From a virus (taxonomy: Duplodnaviria > Caudoviricetes), in the IMG/VR virus record IMGVR_UViG_3300032219_001145, positions 1-61,032 of that record: a stretch of DNA of 61,032 bases. One strand, written 5' to 3'. The number at the start of each line of letters is the position of its first letter. Position 1 is the stretch's first letter. A program made the position numbers and the translations under genes. A model generated the notes under the pieces. It did no database searches. It was not told the DNA's origin and worked only from the letters and a program-made list of their open reading frames with translations. Below are positions 9,601 to 17,721 of this stretch, in pieces.

Positions 9601-12078
9601 GGCTTGTTCCTGTGCCGACCTGATCTTCAGTTGGTAGATTCGGGCAAGCTCTTCCATCTGCGAACGGGCAGATTCCGTGTTCCGCGCTGCGGGGGCCCTG
9701 TCCTTCATTGCGCCCAGGTCACCCTTGGCCAAGTCCTCATACGCCAGCTGCATTGCCTTGTCCGCTTCCGCGCCGCCGCCCGAGGCGGACCTTGAGCGCT
9801 TGATGGACTGCCGTGTAGGCGAGGCCTTGCCTGCGCCACTGAGGTCGGCCAGCATTTTCTGCGCTGTGCCCACGGGGTCCGTGTTGATGACCTCTTCCGG
9901 CTCCTCATCCGACAGGGTTTCGGCGTTCTGCGCCATCAGGGCTTCAAGGTCTACGTCGCCGCCCTTGGCAAAGCCTCCGCGTGTTCCGCGATCCCCACCG
10001 CCTGATGCGTCGCGCGCGCCGCCGCCGGTGTCTCTGCCTCCAGTAGCCGCACCCCCGCCATACCCGCCGCCGCTTTGGCTGCCGCCGCGCTCTCCGCTAG
10101 GGGGCGGGCCGTCAGGACCAGGCCCATAGGCTTCATTTGAACGCAACTGACTTAGTACACGGCTAGGTTGCGCTTGCAAACTTCCCGAAGGTGCTCCAGC
10201 CTCAACATTCTTAGCGGTTGCATTTCTCTCGGCTACGGTGGATAAGTAGCTGCCGTATGTGTTAGCCAATGACCCAAGCGCTTTTAAAGGCATACCAAAA
10301 GGGGCCATCACAGGATAGTTTGACAGTGCTTTTCCTGCGTCCAGCATGGACCGCGCAAACCCCGGGCTCGGGTTAAACCCTTCTCCGGGCGCACCTTCAG
10401 GGGCAGTTTGCCTACCGCCTCCACCCCTATTCTCCGCGCCTCTTACAACCCAGTCGTTGCTTGGCGGGGTATATCCGCCGCTACTGGCTACATAGGTCTG
10501 GCCCGTCTTGGGGTTGTACCAAGTAACTGTTTCCATGCTGTTCACGCTGTTGGAAGGCGGCTTAAACCCAAAATCTCCGCCTACTTCGCCGCCCTTGGCA
10601 AAGCCAAAGGGCCCACTAATCGGGGCCATGCCTGGTGCAGTTATCCGGTTGCCCATGCGGTCCGTAAAGAATCCGGCGTTCTGTGCGCCACCCAACATAG
10701 TGGGCGACAAGTTGGGGTTCGAGCCCATGGTATTCATTGTGTTCATCGCGCCGTACATGGGCATGTCGGGCGAGCCAATGGCCGCGCTTCCTGGAGCAAG
10801 GCCCGTGGAGGTCTGCGGCGTCATGGCAAAGTAGTTGCTGGTCGCCGCGTTGACAGGACCCACTGCACCTATGCCACGGCTGGTGTAGCTGGGCATGGCA
10901 GGCATAGAGATGGGGATGTCCGCAGCAGATTGGCCGGCAGAACCTCCCATGCCAGGCAGCCTTATTTGGCCGGGCAAAACAGGCGGCATATACGAGGTGT
11001 TTTCAGGTGCTCTGCTAATAAACTCAGGCACTGCATTCCGAGCTCTTGGAGTTGGCGGAGTTGGAAGTGGAGGCGGAGCTATGGGCGTAAGTTGAGGCGG
11101 AGCCGCAGGAGGAGATTCGGTATACGGGGGCGGAACCGTTGGGGGTGCTGGCATTTGCTCCAACTGGTCTCTTGCCGAGGGAGGCGCAGGTGTTCCGATA
11201 ACGGGAACTGCAATCATTCTTTCGCGCGCTGCCGCTGCTTCCCGCTCCGCCTGTGCTCTGGCCGCTGCATCCGCCGCGTCTCTTTCCCTCTGTGCCTCTT
11301 GCGCTAGACGCGCCAGGTAAGACTCATACGCCCTGTCGTTCTGCTTGCCCAAGCTCCCTGAGCCTACCGTCCCAAAGTACGGGGAGTCGTACATATCCGC
11401 CGTACCGATTTGGCCAAACGGGTCACTGTTTTTCTCTATGTAAGCCCTGTACTCGGGGGACTCATAGTACGGGTTGTCCGCCGCTACTGTGGAAGGTAAA
11501 AAAGCAGGTTGGGCTTTTGCCCCACGTTGTCGGGCCTCCAGCTCCGCCCGATCAGCAGCTTGTTGCGGGGATATCGGACCGTTTAAAGGCGCAATTGTTG
11601 TAACTACATCCTTAGCAAACTGTTCGCCTCGGTCTAACGATGATGTTCCTGACGAAGAGGGGCTAAAGGCGTTTTCAATTTTTTTGACAACCTCGCCAAC
11701 AAAGCCCCCTTTAAATTCTGACAGGCCTGTAACAGGGTTGATGGTCCCAGAGCCGCCGTTCTCTTTTAAGAACCGCACTGACTCGGGTGACAGGTAGGCA
11801 AGGAGTTCATCGCCGCCCCGACCTGCGGCCGCCACCTGGTCGGCCAGCTCCATGATTTCTTCTTTGGTGTAGCCGTATGACTCGAAGTCCTTAATGATTG
11901 AGCGGGCTGCTTTGTCCTGTGGGTCTTCGCTGACCTCGCCGCCCTTGGCCATGAGACGGGTCATCTCGTCGTTGTACGCCTGACGTTGCTGCTCAAATGC
12001 GTCCAGTTCCATTTGCCGCGTGCTGGGATCGGCAAAGTTCTGAACAGCAGGCATGTCGTACTTAGATTTCTTCATCAT
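6649..12078 (-). CDS. Large modular (polyvalent-type) protein, 1809 aa, probably virion-internal
   Basis: Segments separated by [M/F/Y]xxGG motifs; contains GSGTINP module, Pro-rich linkers, an RH..HE..DxHNN domain and an EELQSDWHQ domain. Confidence 0.75.
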   Translation of the reverse strand: MMKKSKYDMPAVQNFADPSTRQMELDAFEQQRQAYNDEMTRLMAKGGEVSEDPQDKAARSIIKDFESYGYTKEEIMELADQVAAAGRGGDELLAYLSPESVRFLKENGGSGTINPVTGLSEFKGGFVGEVVKKIENAFSPSSSGTSSLDRGEQFAKDVVTTIAPLNGPISPQQAADRAELEARQRGAKAQPAFLPSTVAADNPYYESPEYRAYIEKNSDPFGQIGTADMYDSPYFGTVGSGSLGKQNDRAYESYLARLAQEAQRERDAADAAARAQAEREAAAARERMIAVPVIGTPAPPSARDQLEQMPAPPTVPPPYTESPPAAPPQLTPIAPPPLPTPPTPRARNAVPEFISRAPENTSYMPPVLPGQIRLPGMGGSAGQSAADIPISMPAMPSYTSRGIGAVGPVNAATSNYFAMTPQTSTGLAPGSAAIGSPDMPMYGAMNTMNTMGSNPNLSPTMLGGAQNAGFFTDRMGNRITAPGMAPISGPFGFAKGGEVGGDFGFKPPSNSVNSMETVTWYNPKTGQTYVASSGGYTPPSNDWVVRGAENRGGGGRQTAPEGAPGEGFNPSPGFARSMLDAGKALSNYPVMAPFGMPLKALGSLANTYGSYLSTVAERNATAKNVEAGAPSGSLQAQPSRVLSQLRSNEAYGPGPDGPPPSGERGGSQSGGGYGGGAATGGRDTGGGARDASGGGDRGTRGGFAKGGDVDLEALMAQNAETLSDEEPEEVINTDPVGTAQKMLADLSGAGKASPTRQSIKRSRSASGGGAEADKAMQLAYEDLAKGDLGAMKDRAPAARNTESARSQMEELARIYQLKIRSAQEQARGLSADTFGAPTLEGPTLTKNRLTKNRFKEGGEAKKSDAEGAKEPGIFSVSSYAADVSERMFPDQLGQDDQRDAARHMLAAAALSKKVGPDVAAFLGKVHERTSNPESFFSMFGIGKPRDDYELDVHNNKLGVDLASRTTSQADLEKLVRAMALQAQTKKVEGKPYIMGREQMDARKAKAEKGMTPPPEYRAGGSPEEGEESLDKFYVPKARPSTGLNRKKGPVSQAIDSGDAYVNMAKGATELPYDILGAPVDVATMLMRPFGYTAEKPIGGSDFIKEKMTQAGIRQAPPADLTAKGFYTAGELLSNFINPAGVTRAAVKGAEKTGKAATAVAKDFQQYNQQFSAPGASYAVSPQSRAVIPAPASNLGFYSAAEQAALNLPRKEGPGNAFLNDLMKASDVKKEELTSMGLDEFLKGKPKVTRQEVQDFIANNRIDVKEVQLGGNVVEDPAGIAKRKAVFDKYEPEIQALYRRIDFDTYDPALSNRLTELQSVRDREADAAYVVPEPAPTRFDNPRLVLPGGKNYREILLTTPVRGEAELDAAQIAAGDLRRQTTNLMGEWRAASELNPGTPGTVALYQKLRDSVKLRDQAEATALELRKKIRSQTYKSSHFNQPNVLAHMRVNDRVDADGKKMLLIEELQSDWHQAGREKGYNTSERQLAEQKKLDNLLAERQQLGERKKQLEELALPYTSQGKDAPRDILNEWNSVSNRLNMLQTEQNRLGRGSNEGVPDAPFKDTWHQLALKRALKYAADNGYERVGLTTGMQQAQRYNMAEKVDNISYEPTEKGFYINVISKNGANVLRGDYSAKELEGIVGREVTKKMMAKEGRNEFNPEIEPDLAEVRRLEGDDLQVASEGMKKYYDEIYPAFLVKQGKKFNAATGITQIKTEPIAPAYVDYIVGRGNFTDTTVLGVRADGSTEIVNQNANSLQEAQQLANRYKEKHLGGGKEAVRYIDITPEMKGAVPYAKGGEVDKNTAFIKAHS

Positions 12079-12117
12079 ATCGCCCCGGCCAAGGAAGTAG
12101 TTTGGACATTTTACGCG

Positions 12118-13575
12118 TCAATAGTACTCCGGCACAAGGTCCTTGGCGGATTCTTCTTCCACGTCATCTGTACCCAGGGTAATGAAGTTGCCGCGCCGAA
12201 AACGGTCCATGGCCATTGTTGTGCTGTCCACCATGTCGTCATTGTCGCCATGCGGGAAGGCCGCGCATTCCTCTACAAGCATCTCGGCCCATTCCGTATC
12301 CGGGGCCCAGACCATGCCAGCCTCAAATACAGGTGCTACTGCGTTGGCCCGCGCTACCTTGTCGGTGCCCGTGCGCCGCCCGCCAGGGGAGTACATCGTG
12401 ACCGGGATGTTCATTCTTCGCAGCTCCTGCTGGAGAGGAGTTCCTGTGGCCTTGGCCTCGATCAGCACGTTGTCCGGTTGCCAAAGGTCGTACTGTTCCT
12501 TGGCAATACGTTTGAGTTCCGGGAAGTCCCAGCGCCCGCGCTTGACGTCCAGCAGCATGATTGACGCGCCGGAATCCTCGCTCAGGTAGAACACGCCCCA
12601 GGTCGTGATGACAGAATAGTCAGCCGTCTCCTTTTTGGAATACGCCGTGTCCATGGACTGGATGATGTAGTTCACAATGGGCGGCTCGTCCTTTGGCCAG
12701 ACTTTCCACCACTCCCTTTTCAGGATGGCACCCTCGTCGTTCGTGGGCTGCTGCTGGTACATCGCGTTCCACTTCTGCACCGACAAAGAGGCTTTCACGC
12801 CTTCAAGCTCCTCCAACTTCCAGTAGCCCGGCCAAAGGGGGCGACCGCTTGGCAGGATGGCGGGGAACTCGATGACCTCCCACTGGTCCGCGTTGCGCGA
12901 TTTCTGCGCCTTGAGCAGCCGCGCCGTCAAGTCCTTGGTGCTCCAGCGCGTCATCACAATGACAATTGCACCACCTGGTTGCAAACGCGTGCGAGGGCCA
13001 GAGATGTACCACTCCCAGGCGTTGTCCAAAGCAAGCTCACTCATCGCATCCTGTTCCGAATGCGGGTCGTCAATGATCAAGACGTCCGCGCCACGGCCGG
13101 TCATTGCGCCGCCCACACCGACGGCAAAGTACTCCCCACCTTTGTTTGTGTCCCACCGGCCGGCGGCCTTCGAGTCCTGCTTCAAGATCACATCGGGGAA
13201 CACCTGCTTGTACGTGTCCATGTCCATTAGGTCACGGACTTTCCGGCCGAATCGAACGGCTAACTCGCTGTTGTGGGTCGCTTCAATGGCCTTGGTTCGC
13301 GGGTCTCTTCCCATCAGGTAGGCAGGGAGCAGATAGCTTGCAAATTCAGATTTTGTGTGCCGGGGAGGCATGTTGATGATCAAACGCTTAAGGGTGCCGT
13401 TGGCAATCCGGTCGAACGCCTTTGCCATGACCGTGTGGTGCTCTCCAAGGATCGCGCTGGGCCAGACGTAGCGGGCAAAGTCGATGAAGCTGGTCTGGGC
13501 ATTGCTTTGCGCACCAAGCTGCGCGAGCCGGTACTCGAGTCTCAGCCGTTCCGCGTCTACTTCTTCAGGGATCAT
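12118..13575 (-). CDS. terL: Terminase large subunit
   Basis: Walker A-like INMPPRHTKSE, Walker B LIIDDPH, coupling motif VMTRW, nuclease motifs SMDTAY and DDMVDS. Confidence 0.95.
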   Translation of the reverse strand: MIPEEVDAERLRLEYRLAQLGAQSNAQTSFIDFARYVWPSAILGEHHTVMAKAFDRIANGTLKRLIINMPPRHTKSEFASYLLPAYLMGRDPRTKAIEATHNSELAVRFGRKVRDLMDMDTYKQVFPDVILKQDSKAAGRWDTNKGGEYFAVGVGGAMTGRGADVLIIDDPHSEQDAMSELALDNAWEWYISGPRTRLQPGGAIVIVMTRWSTKDLTARLLKAQKSRNADQWEVIEFPAILPSGRPLWPGYWKLEELEGVKASLSVQKWNAMYQQQPTNDEGAILKREWWKVWPKDEPPIVNYIIQSMDTAYSKKETADYSVITTWGVFYLSEDSGASIMLLDVKRGRWDFPELKRIAKEQYDLWQPDNVLIEAKATGTPLQQELRRMNIPVTMYSPGGRRTGTDKVARANAVAPVFEAGMVWAPDTEWAEMLVEECAAFPHGDNDDMVDSTTMAMDRFRRGNFITLGTDDVEEESAKDLVPEYY

Positions 13576-13605
13576 GGAAGTCCGTTTCGTTTCAAATTTT
13601 TAAAT

Positions 13606-13634
13606 ATTTTGACACGAGTTGAGTTTGTTGACAA
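13606..13634 (-). promoter_or_regulatory. Sigma70-type promoter for the terL/morphogenesis operon
   Basis: TTGTCA-17 bp-CAAAAT with TGn extension, about 30 nt upstream of terL. Confidence 0.55.
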
Positions 13635-13664
13635 AGGGGGCCCTTTATTGCTGGGCCCGAAAAC

Positions 13665-13680
13665 TGTTTCACGTGAAACT
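13665..13680. promoter_or_regulatory. parS: parS-like ParB-binding palindrome
   Basis: TGTTTCACGTGAAACT, 15/16 match to the chromosomal parS consensus TGTTTCACGTGAAACA; intergenic. Confidence 0.75.
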
Positions 13681-13759
13681 GACCGTGTGAAAAAGGGCTA
13701 ATGCCCGCGCAGCTGGCGACCCGGCCCGTTTTTTGGGCCCCGGCACCCCGGGGTCGGCG

Positions 13760-14305
13760 GCCAGGCACCAGGGCGCGCGCACCAGGGCGACGCGGCCACC
13801 GGGCCACCAGGGCGCGCACCAGGTAACGCGGGCCACGGCCCCAGGTCGGCGGCCACCAGGTCGGCGGCCACCAGGTCGACGGCCACCAGGTCGGCGGCCA
13901 CCAGGTCGGCGGCCACCAGGGCGCGCACCAGGTAACGCGGACCACGGGCCCCGGCACCAGGTCGACGGGCCACCAGGTCGACGGCCACCAGGTCGGCGGG
14001 CCCCGGCACCAGGTCCAGGCACCGAGCCCCAGGGCGCGCGGACCATGGCCACCAGGGCGCGGCCGGCGAGCCCAGGCACCAGGTCGACGGGCCACGGGCC
14101 ACGGCCACCAGGTCGGCGAGCCCCGGCACCAGGCACCAGGTCGACGGGCCACCAGGGCGCGGATCGGGGCCTGGGCGGTGCGATACGCGGGCCACGGTTC
14201 AGGCGTCCGGTGGCCGGGGCCACGGGGCGGGCCCAGGCGGCCACCAGGTCGGCGGGTTACCCGGAAAACCCGGCGGGTTATATGCGCCGTCGGTGCGATA
14301 CCAGG
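13760..14305 (+). repeat. Non-coding, strand-oriented CACCAGG repeat array
   Basis: About 28 CCAGG versus 1 CCTGG on the + strand (manual count); core 15-bp tandem CCAGGTCGGCGGCCA at 13841-13920. Confidence 0.9.
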
Positions 14306-14308
14306 CGC

Positions 14309-14335
14309 AAAAAAACCCGGCGCGCGGCCGGGTTT
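14309..14335 (-). terminator. Intrinsic terminator closing the early region
   Basis: AAACCCGGC-loop-GCCGGGTTT stem with U tract on the - strand. Confidence 0.75.
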
Positions 14336-14357
14336 GAGTTAAGGGAAACCGGCCAGG

Positions 14358-14576
14358 CTAGGCGGGCACCCCGGCGGTGGCGGCCAACTCAGTCAGCATG
14401 GCGTCGGCGGTGCCCAGGGCGTCGGCCCGGTTATCGGTGAAATACTCGGCGACCAGGCGGCCGCCGGGGCCGGTGGCGCGAACCTGGTATTCGGACCAGG
14501 TGGCCGACCAGGCGACGCGTACCAGGCCCGCGTCGGCCAGGTGGACCAGCTGGACCAGCTGCAGCCGGGGGCTCAT
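14358..14576 (-). CDS. Early hypothetical protein (72 aa)
   Basis: ATGA-coupled to the upstream gene; WSEYQV...YFTDNRADALGTA. Confidence 0.7.
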   Translation of the reverse strand: MSPRLQLVQLVHLADAGLVRVAWSATWSEYQVRATGPGGRLVAEYFTDNRADALGTADAMLTELAATAGVPA

Positions 14577-14809
14577 GCGCGCTCCACCCGGATACCGCCA
14601 CGCGGGCCCAGGCTAAGGACCAGGTCGGGGTATTCCACCAGCTCGGCCCGACTCGGGGCCAGGTGTATCGAACCGTCCAGGGCCTGGCCATATTCGGCCA
14701 GGTCGTGCGCGTCGTAGCCATAAGCGGCTATAGCAGCAGCGCGCGTGCGATAAGGGCGGGCCTGGTCCAGGTCGTCCGAGCCCAGGCGCAGGAAATAAAG
14801 CGCGCTCAT
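14573..14809 (-). CDS. Early hypothetical protein (78 aa)
   Basis: ATGA coupling on both sides; C-terminal LGPRGGIRVERA. Confidence 0.7.
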   Translation of the reverse strand: MSALYFLRLGSDDLDQARPYRTRAAAIAAYGYDAHDLAEYGQALDGSIHLAPSRAELVEYPDLVLSLGPRGGIRVERA

Positions 14810-15138
14810 GATTGAGCCCCCTCGGCCAGGTCGGCCAGGTCGTTATAACTAAGGGCGTCGGCGACCAGCTCGGCCACCGGGCGACGGGCGACGGCCACCC
14901 CGGCCAACAGCTCGGCGGGCAGCAAACAATCCAGGGCGAAGCGCTCCCAGGTCACGCCGTCGGCCACGCGGTGAAATACGGTCGACGTGCCGGTGACCAT
15001 AACCGGCCAGGCTTCGCACAATACGGCCACGCCGTCGGCCACCAGCATCACGTCACCGTGCGCGATTACTTCGCACTGCGACCAGTCGTAAGCGCTGGAC
15101 ATGTCCAGGGCGCGGAGATCAAAAATTATCGGGCTCAT
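14806..15138 (-). CDS. Early hypothetical protein (110 aa)
   Basis: Preceded by promoter and AGAAAGCGAGAAA leader; AYDWSQCE...GDVMLV..GVAVLCEAWPV. Confidence 0.7.
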   Translation of the reverse strand: MSPIIFDLRALDMSSAYDWSQCEVIAHGDVMLVADGVAVLCEAWPVMVTGTSTVFHRVADGVTWERFALDCLLPAELLAGVAVARRPVAELVADALSYNDLADLAEGAQS

Positions 15139-15186
15139 GCTTTCTCGCTTTCTAGGTTAGTCCCGGCCACCGTGGCCGGGGATTAA

Positions 15187-15216
15187 ATTTTACTCTAATA
15201 AATCCACTGAGTGCAA
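15187..15216 (-). promoter_or_regulatory. Early sigma70-type promoter
   Basis: TTGCAC-18 bp-TAAAAT. Confidence 0.65.
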
Positions 15217-15221
15217 CAAGT

Positions 15222-15246
15222 AAAAAGCCCGGCACCTGGCCGGGCT
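15222..15246 (-). terminator. Intrinsic terminator
   Basis: AGCCCGGC/GCCGGGCT stem plus U tract after the DUF932 gene. Confidence 0.7.
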
Positions 15247-15266
15247 CGGTGGCCAGGTCGGCCAGG

Positions 15267-16295
15267 TTACGCGGCGACGCCCAGCTCGGCATCGGCCAAC
15301 AGTTCGACGGCCCGGGCCTTAAGTGCTGCGCCGGTGCCAAACCACGCGCTTTCCATGCGGGTATTGTCCGAGCGGCCGCGCTCATGGTCGACCAGCTCGG
15401 TAACAGAATTCAGCATCGCCCAGCGGGTCCCGGCCACGCCGGGCAGGTCGGAACCGATCGCCCGGCCGTTAAATAATTCCATGATCCGAACGTAAGCCTT
15501 CGATTCATTTACAGGGCGCGCGCTCGAATGGTATGGGCGCAGCAGCTCGGACACAAATGCGTCGGCCTGGTCGCGATCCATGGGGGCCCCGGCGAGCTGG
15601 CGCGACTGAACCAGGAAACCCTCGAACGCATTCGCGACAATGCCGAGCTGTAGCCGGACGGCGTCGGGATCGAAGCGCTCAGAATGCAGAACCCGAACGG
15701 CCGATTTCAGATAGCCGGTGTTAATCTCGCCCTCGCCCTGAATCACGCGGCCGCCACTGTATCCGCCCACGGCCGCCGTGATTGTGTTATGGCAAACCAC
15801 GCGGATCGCTGTAAATTTTGCGACCGTCGCCATGGTCCCGTCGTAGCTGGTGCCCAACAGTAGATAGGGCTTCACCAGGTCGCCGTCAACCACGGGCGCA
15901 GCATCGCCGACGCTGGCCAGGGCCCAAACCCGGCGGCCGTCACTCAGAGCCCCGGCGGTTTCCAATTGAAAGCCGCCCAGGTCGACCAGGGAGCGGAAAA
16001 AATCCATCACCTGGCCGGGCTGTACCACGTTATATGCATTCGACACGACGGCCAGGGGCGCGCCGGTGTCCGAACGGTGTAAAACTTTACGAGCTGGCCA
16101 GGTTTGCAGCTCGGTCGCGGCCGGTGTCGAATATTGCACGGGGCTTTCGAGCACGTCATAAGCCAGGCCCGCCTCGCGTGTCCAGGTGTCAATACTGGCC
16201 CCAGGTGTTAAGGCCTGGCCCAGGGAATGCCATGGGGTTTGTCCGGTGTATGCCATGGCGGCGCGGCCGGTGGTTTCGTCGATCATATGTGCCAT
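15267..16295 (-). CDS. DUF932 / TIGR03299-type phage-plasmid protein
   Basis: MAH...TPWHSLG, ETAGALSDGRRVWALA, AIRVVCHNT, WAMLNSVTELVDH, SAWFGTGAALK. Confidence 0.85.
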   Translation of the reverse strand: MAHMIDETTGRAAMAYTGQTPWHSLGQALTPGASIDTWTREAGLAYDVLESPVQYSTPAATELQTWPARKVLHRSDTGAPLAVVSNAYNVVQPGQVMDFFRSLVDLGGFQLETAGALSDGRRVWALASVGDAAPVVDGDLVKPYLLLGTSYDGTMATVAKFTAIRVVCHNTITAAVGGYSGGRVIQGEGEINTGYLKSAVRVLHSERFDPDAVRLQLGIVANAFEGFLVQSRQLAGAPMDRDQADAFVSELLRPYHSSARPVNESKAYVRIMELFNGRAIGSDLPGVAGTRWAMLNSVTELVDHERGRSDNTRMESAWFGTGAALKARAVELLADAELGVAA

Positions 16296-16345
16296 TTGAT
16301 TCTCGCTTTCTAGGTTGATGCCGGGGAAAATCCCCCGGCCGGATA

Positions 16346-16375
16346 ATTTTAGCCTAATATTTTTCGGTTTGTCAA
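16346..16375 (-). promoter_or_regulatory. Early sigma70-type promoter
   Basis: TTGACA-18 bp-TAAAAT. Confidence 0.75.
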
Positions 16376-16395
16376 CAAGTCAACAAAAATATATT

Positions 16396-17085
16396 TTAGG
16401 TCGCCAGGCCCAGGTCGCCGACCACGTGATGGCGCAGCAGCGATCCAGGCGGCAGCGAACGGGAAAACCGCAGCAGCTCGGCCGCGTCGTCCTGGTGGCC
16501 GCCGGTTTTTGCTTTTTCCCAGGCCAGGCGAACGGGCCCGCCGTTACCGTAGCAGCCGCCCGGGGCATCGTCGCCGACCAGGCGCGCGCCGCTACCATGG
16601 GCGACAAACACAATCACATAATCCCGGTCGCCGCGTGCGCACAATGGGCGGCCGCCGCCGCACTGGTCGCAGCTGAAATTTTCGGCCAGCTCGGCCGGGC
16701 ATTGCACAAAGCGCACGGCGTCGACGGTGTACGGCCATACGGTGCCGGACGGTGCGGCCACCACGGCCGGGCGGCCGATGGCCACGGCGGCCAGGGCCTG
16801 GGGGATCGTGTCACAGCTCGCATTTATCACGGTTTCACCAGGTGCGGGCACTGGCAGCAGCTCGGCCGCAAAATGCGAATACGTCCAGGCCTGGCCATTA
16901 CGCGGGACGGCCTGGCGAACGGCCTGCAAATATTCCAGGTCGACCAGGTCGGCCGCGTGGTCGCCCTGGGGATTCAGTGCGCAGGTTTTCGGGCAGGTCG
17001 CGAATACGTTATGGCCACCGGCGCGGTAAGTCACAGCGATGGGGCCGGTCTTTTTGTTGCCGGAATGTTTGACGGTCTTAAGCAT
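16396..17085 (-). CDS. Cys-rich phage protein (gp88-like, possible Fe-S binding)
   Basis: SGNKKTGPI, TCPxxC, CPA...CxxC...LC, FVAHG, LRHHVVGD motifs. Confidence 0.6.
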   Translation of the reverse strand: MLKTVKHSGNKKTGPIAVTYRAGGHNVFATCPKTCALNPQGDHAADLVDLEYLQAVRQAVPRNGQAWTYSHFAAELLPVPAPGETVINASCDTIPQALAAVAIGRPAVVAAPSGTVWPYTVDAVRFVQCPAELAENFSCDQCGGGRPLCARGDRDYVIVFVAHGSGARLVGDDAPGGCYGNGGPVRLAWEKAKTGGHQDDAAELLRFSRSLPPGSLLRHHVVGDLGLAT

Positions 17086-17347
17086 ACTGGCCCCCTGGGA
17101 TTGTGTCGGCCTGGGGCGCGCGCTCGATCAGGGCGAGGGTTTTTAGGTCGGTTATTTCCTGGGATAAACCAGGGCGGAACCAGGCCCCATTGTGTTCAAC
17201 GGCCACCTGTTCGCCGTACATGTACGCGTTTTCGTTTTGCGTCACGTTTGACGCGGCCGGGCTCAGGTGCCGGGGCTGCACCAGGTAAACCGCGCGGGCC
17301 CCGGAGGGGAGGACCACCAGTAAGGCGGTGTCGGACAATAAAGGCAT
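17078..17347 (-). CDS. Early hypothetical protein (89 aa)
   Basis: ATG after AGAAAGCGAGAAA leader; TATAAT at 17404-17409. Confidence 0.65.
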   Translation of the reverse strand: MPLLSDTALLVVLPSGARAVYLVQPRHLSPAASNVTQNENAYMYGEQVAVEHNGAWFRPGLSQEITDLKTLALIERAPQADTIPGGQYA

Positions 17348-17443
17348 AATTTTCTCGCTTTCTTTCTTTCTAAGTGGCCGGGCGGGTTGCCTGGCCTGAA
17401 ATTATTATAGTGCAATAAATCAACAAATCAACTGCCTACAAAT

Positions 17444-17469
17444 AAAAAAAAACCCGGCACGCGGCCGGG
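17444..17469 (-). terminator. Intrinsic terminator
   Basis: CCCGGC/GCCGGG stem plus 9-U tract. Confidence 0.7.
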
Positions 17470-17489
17470 CAGGGATCGAGCGGGCCGGA

Positions 17490-17711
17490 TCAGGCCCGAC
17501 GGTCGGCCAGCGCCTGGTCGGCCTCGGCAGCGCATGCGCGCCAGGCATTCCAGGAAATAAAGCCGGTTTCGGCGTCGGGCGGCGTCTCGGTGGCCAGGAT
17601 ATCGGCCGCATAGTTGCGCATCGCTTCAAGGACAAAAGCCTGCATGAGCGGGCCGGTGCTGGACTGCTCCATTATGCGAACGATAAATTTTGTGTTTGTC
17701 TCGCGTGTCAT
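17490..17711 (-). CDS. Early hypothetical protein (73 aa)
   Basis: MTRETNTKFI...GPLMQAFVLEAM...FISWNAW. Confidence 0.7.
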   Translation of the reverse strand: MTRETNTKFIVRIMEQSSTGPLMQAFVLEAMRNYAADILATETPPDAETGFISWNAWRACAAEADQALADRRA

Positions 17712-17721
17712 GGTAGCCCCC

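Noticed and set aside
13760-14305. CRISPR array
   Set aside because: The repeat word is only 7-15 bp, there are no unique 25-45 bp spacers, and no cas genes are present
13760-14305. Dcm/EcoRII (CCWGG) site cluster as the sole explanation
   Set aside because: CCWGG is orientation-independent, but the array is about 28:1 oriented with conserved flanks; slippage expansion of one seed cannot be fully excluded
13592-14440. Long ORFs in several frames over the repeat array
   Set aside because: Low-complexity translations that stay open because of GC-rich repeats; no RBS, and the region lies downstream of a terminator
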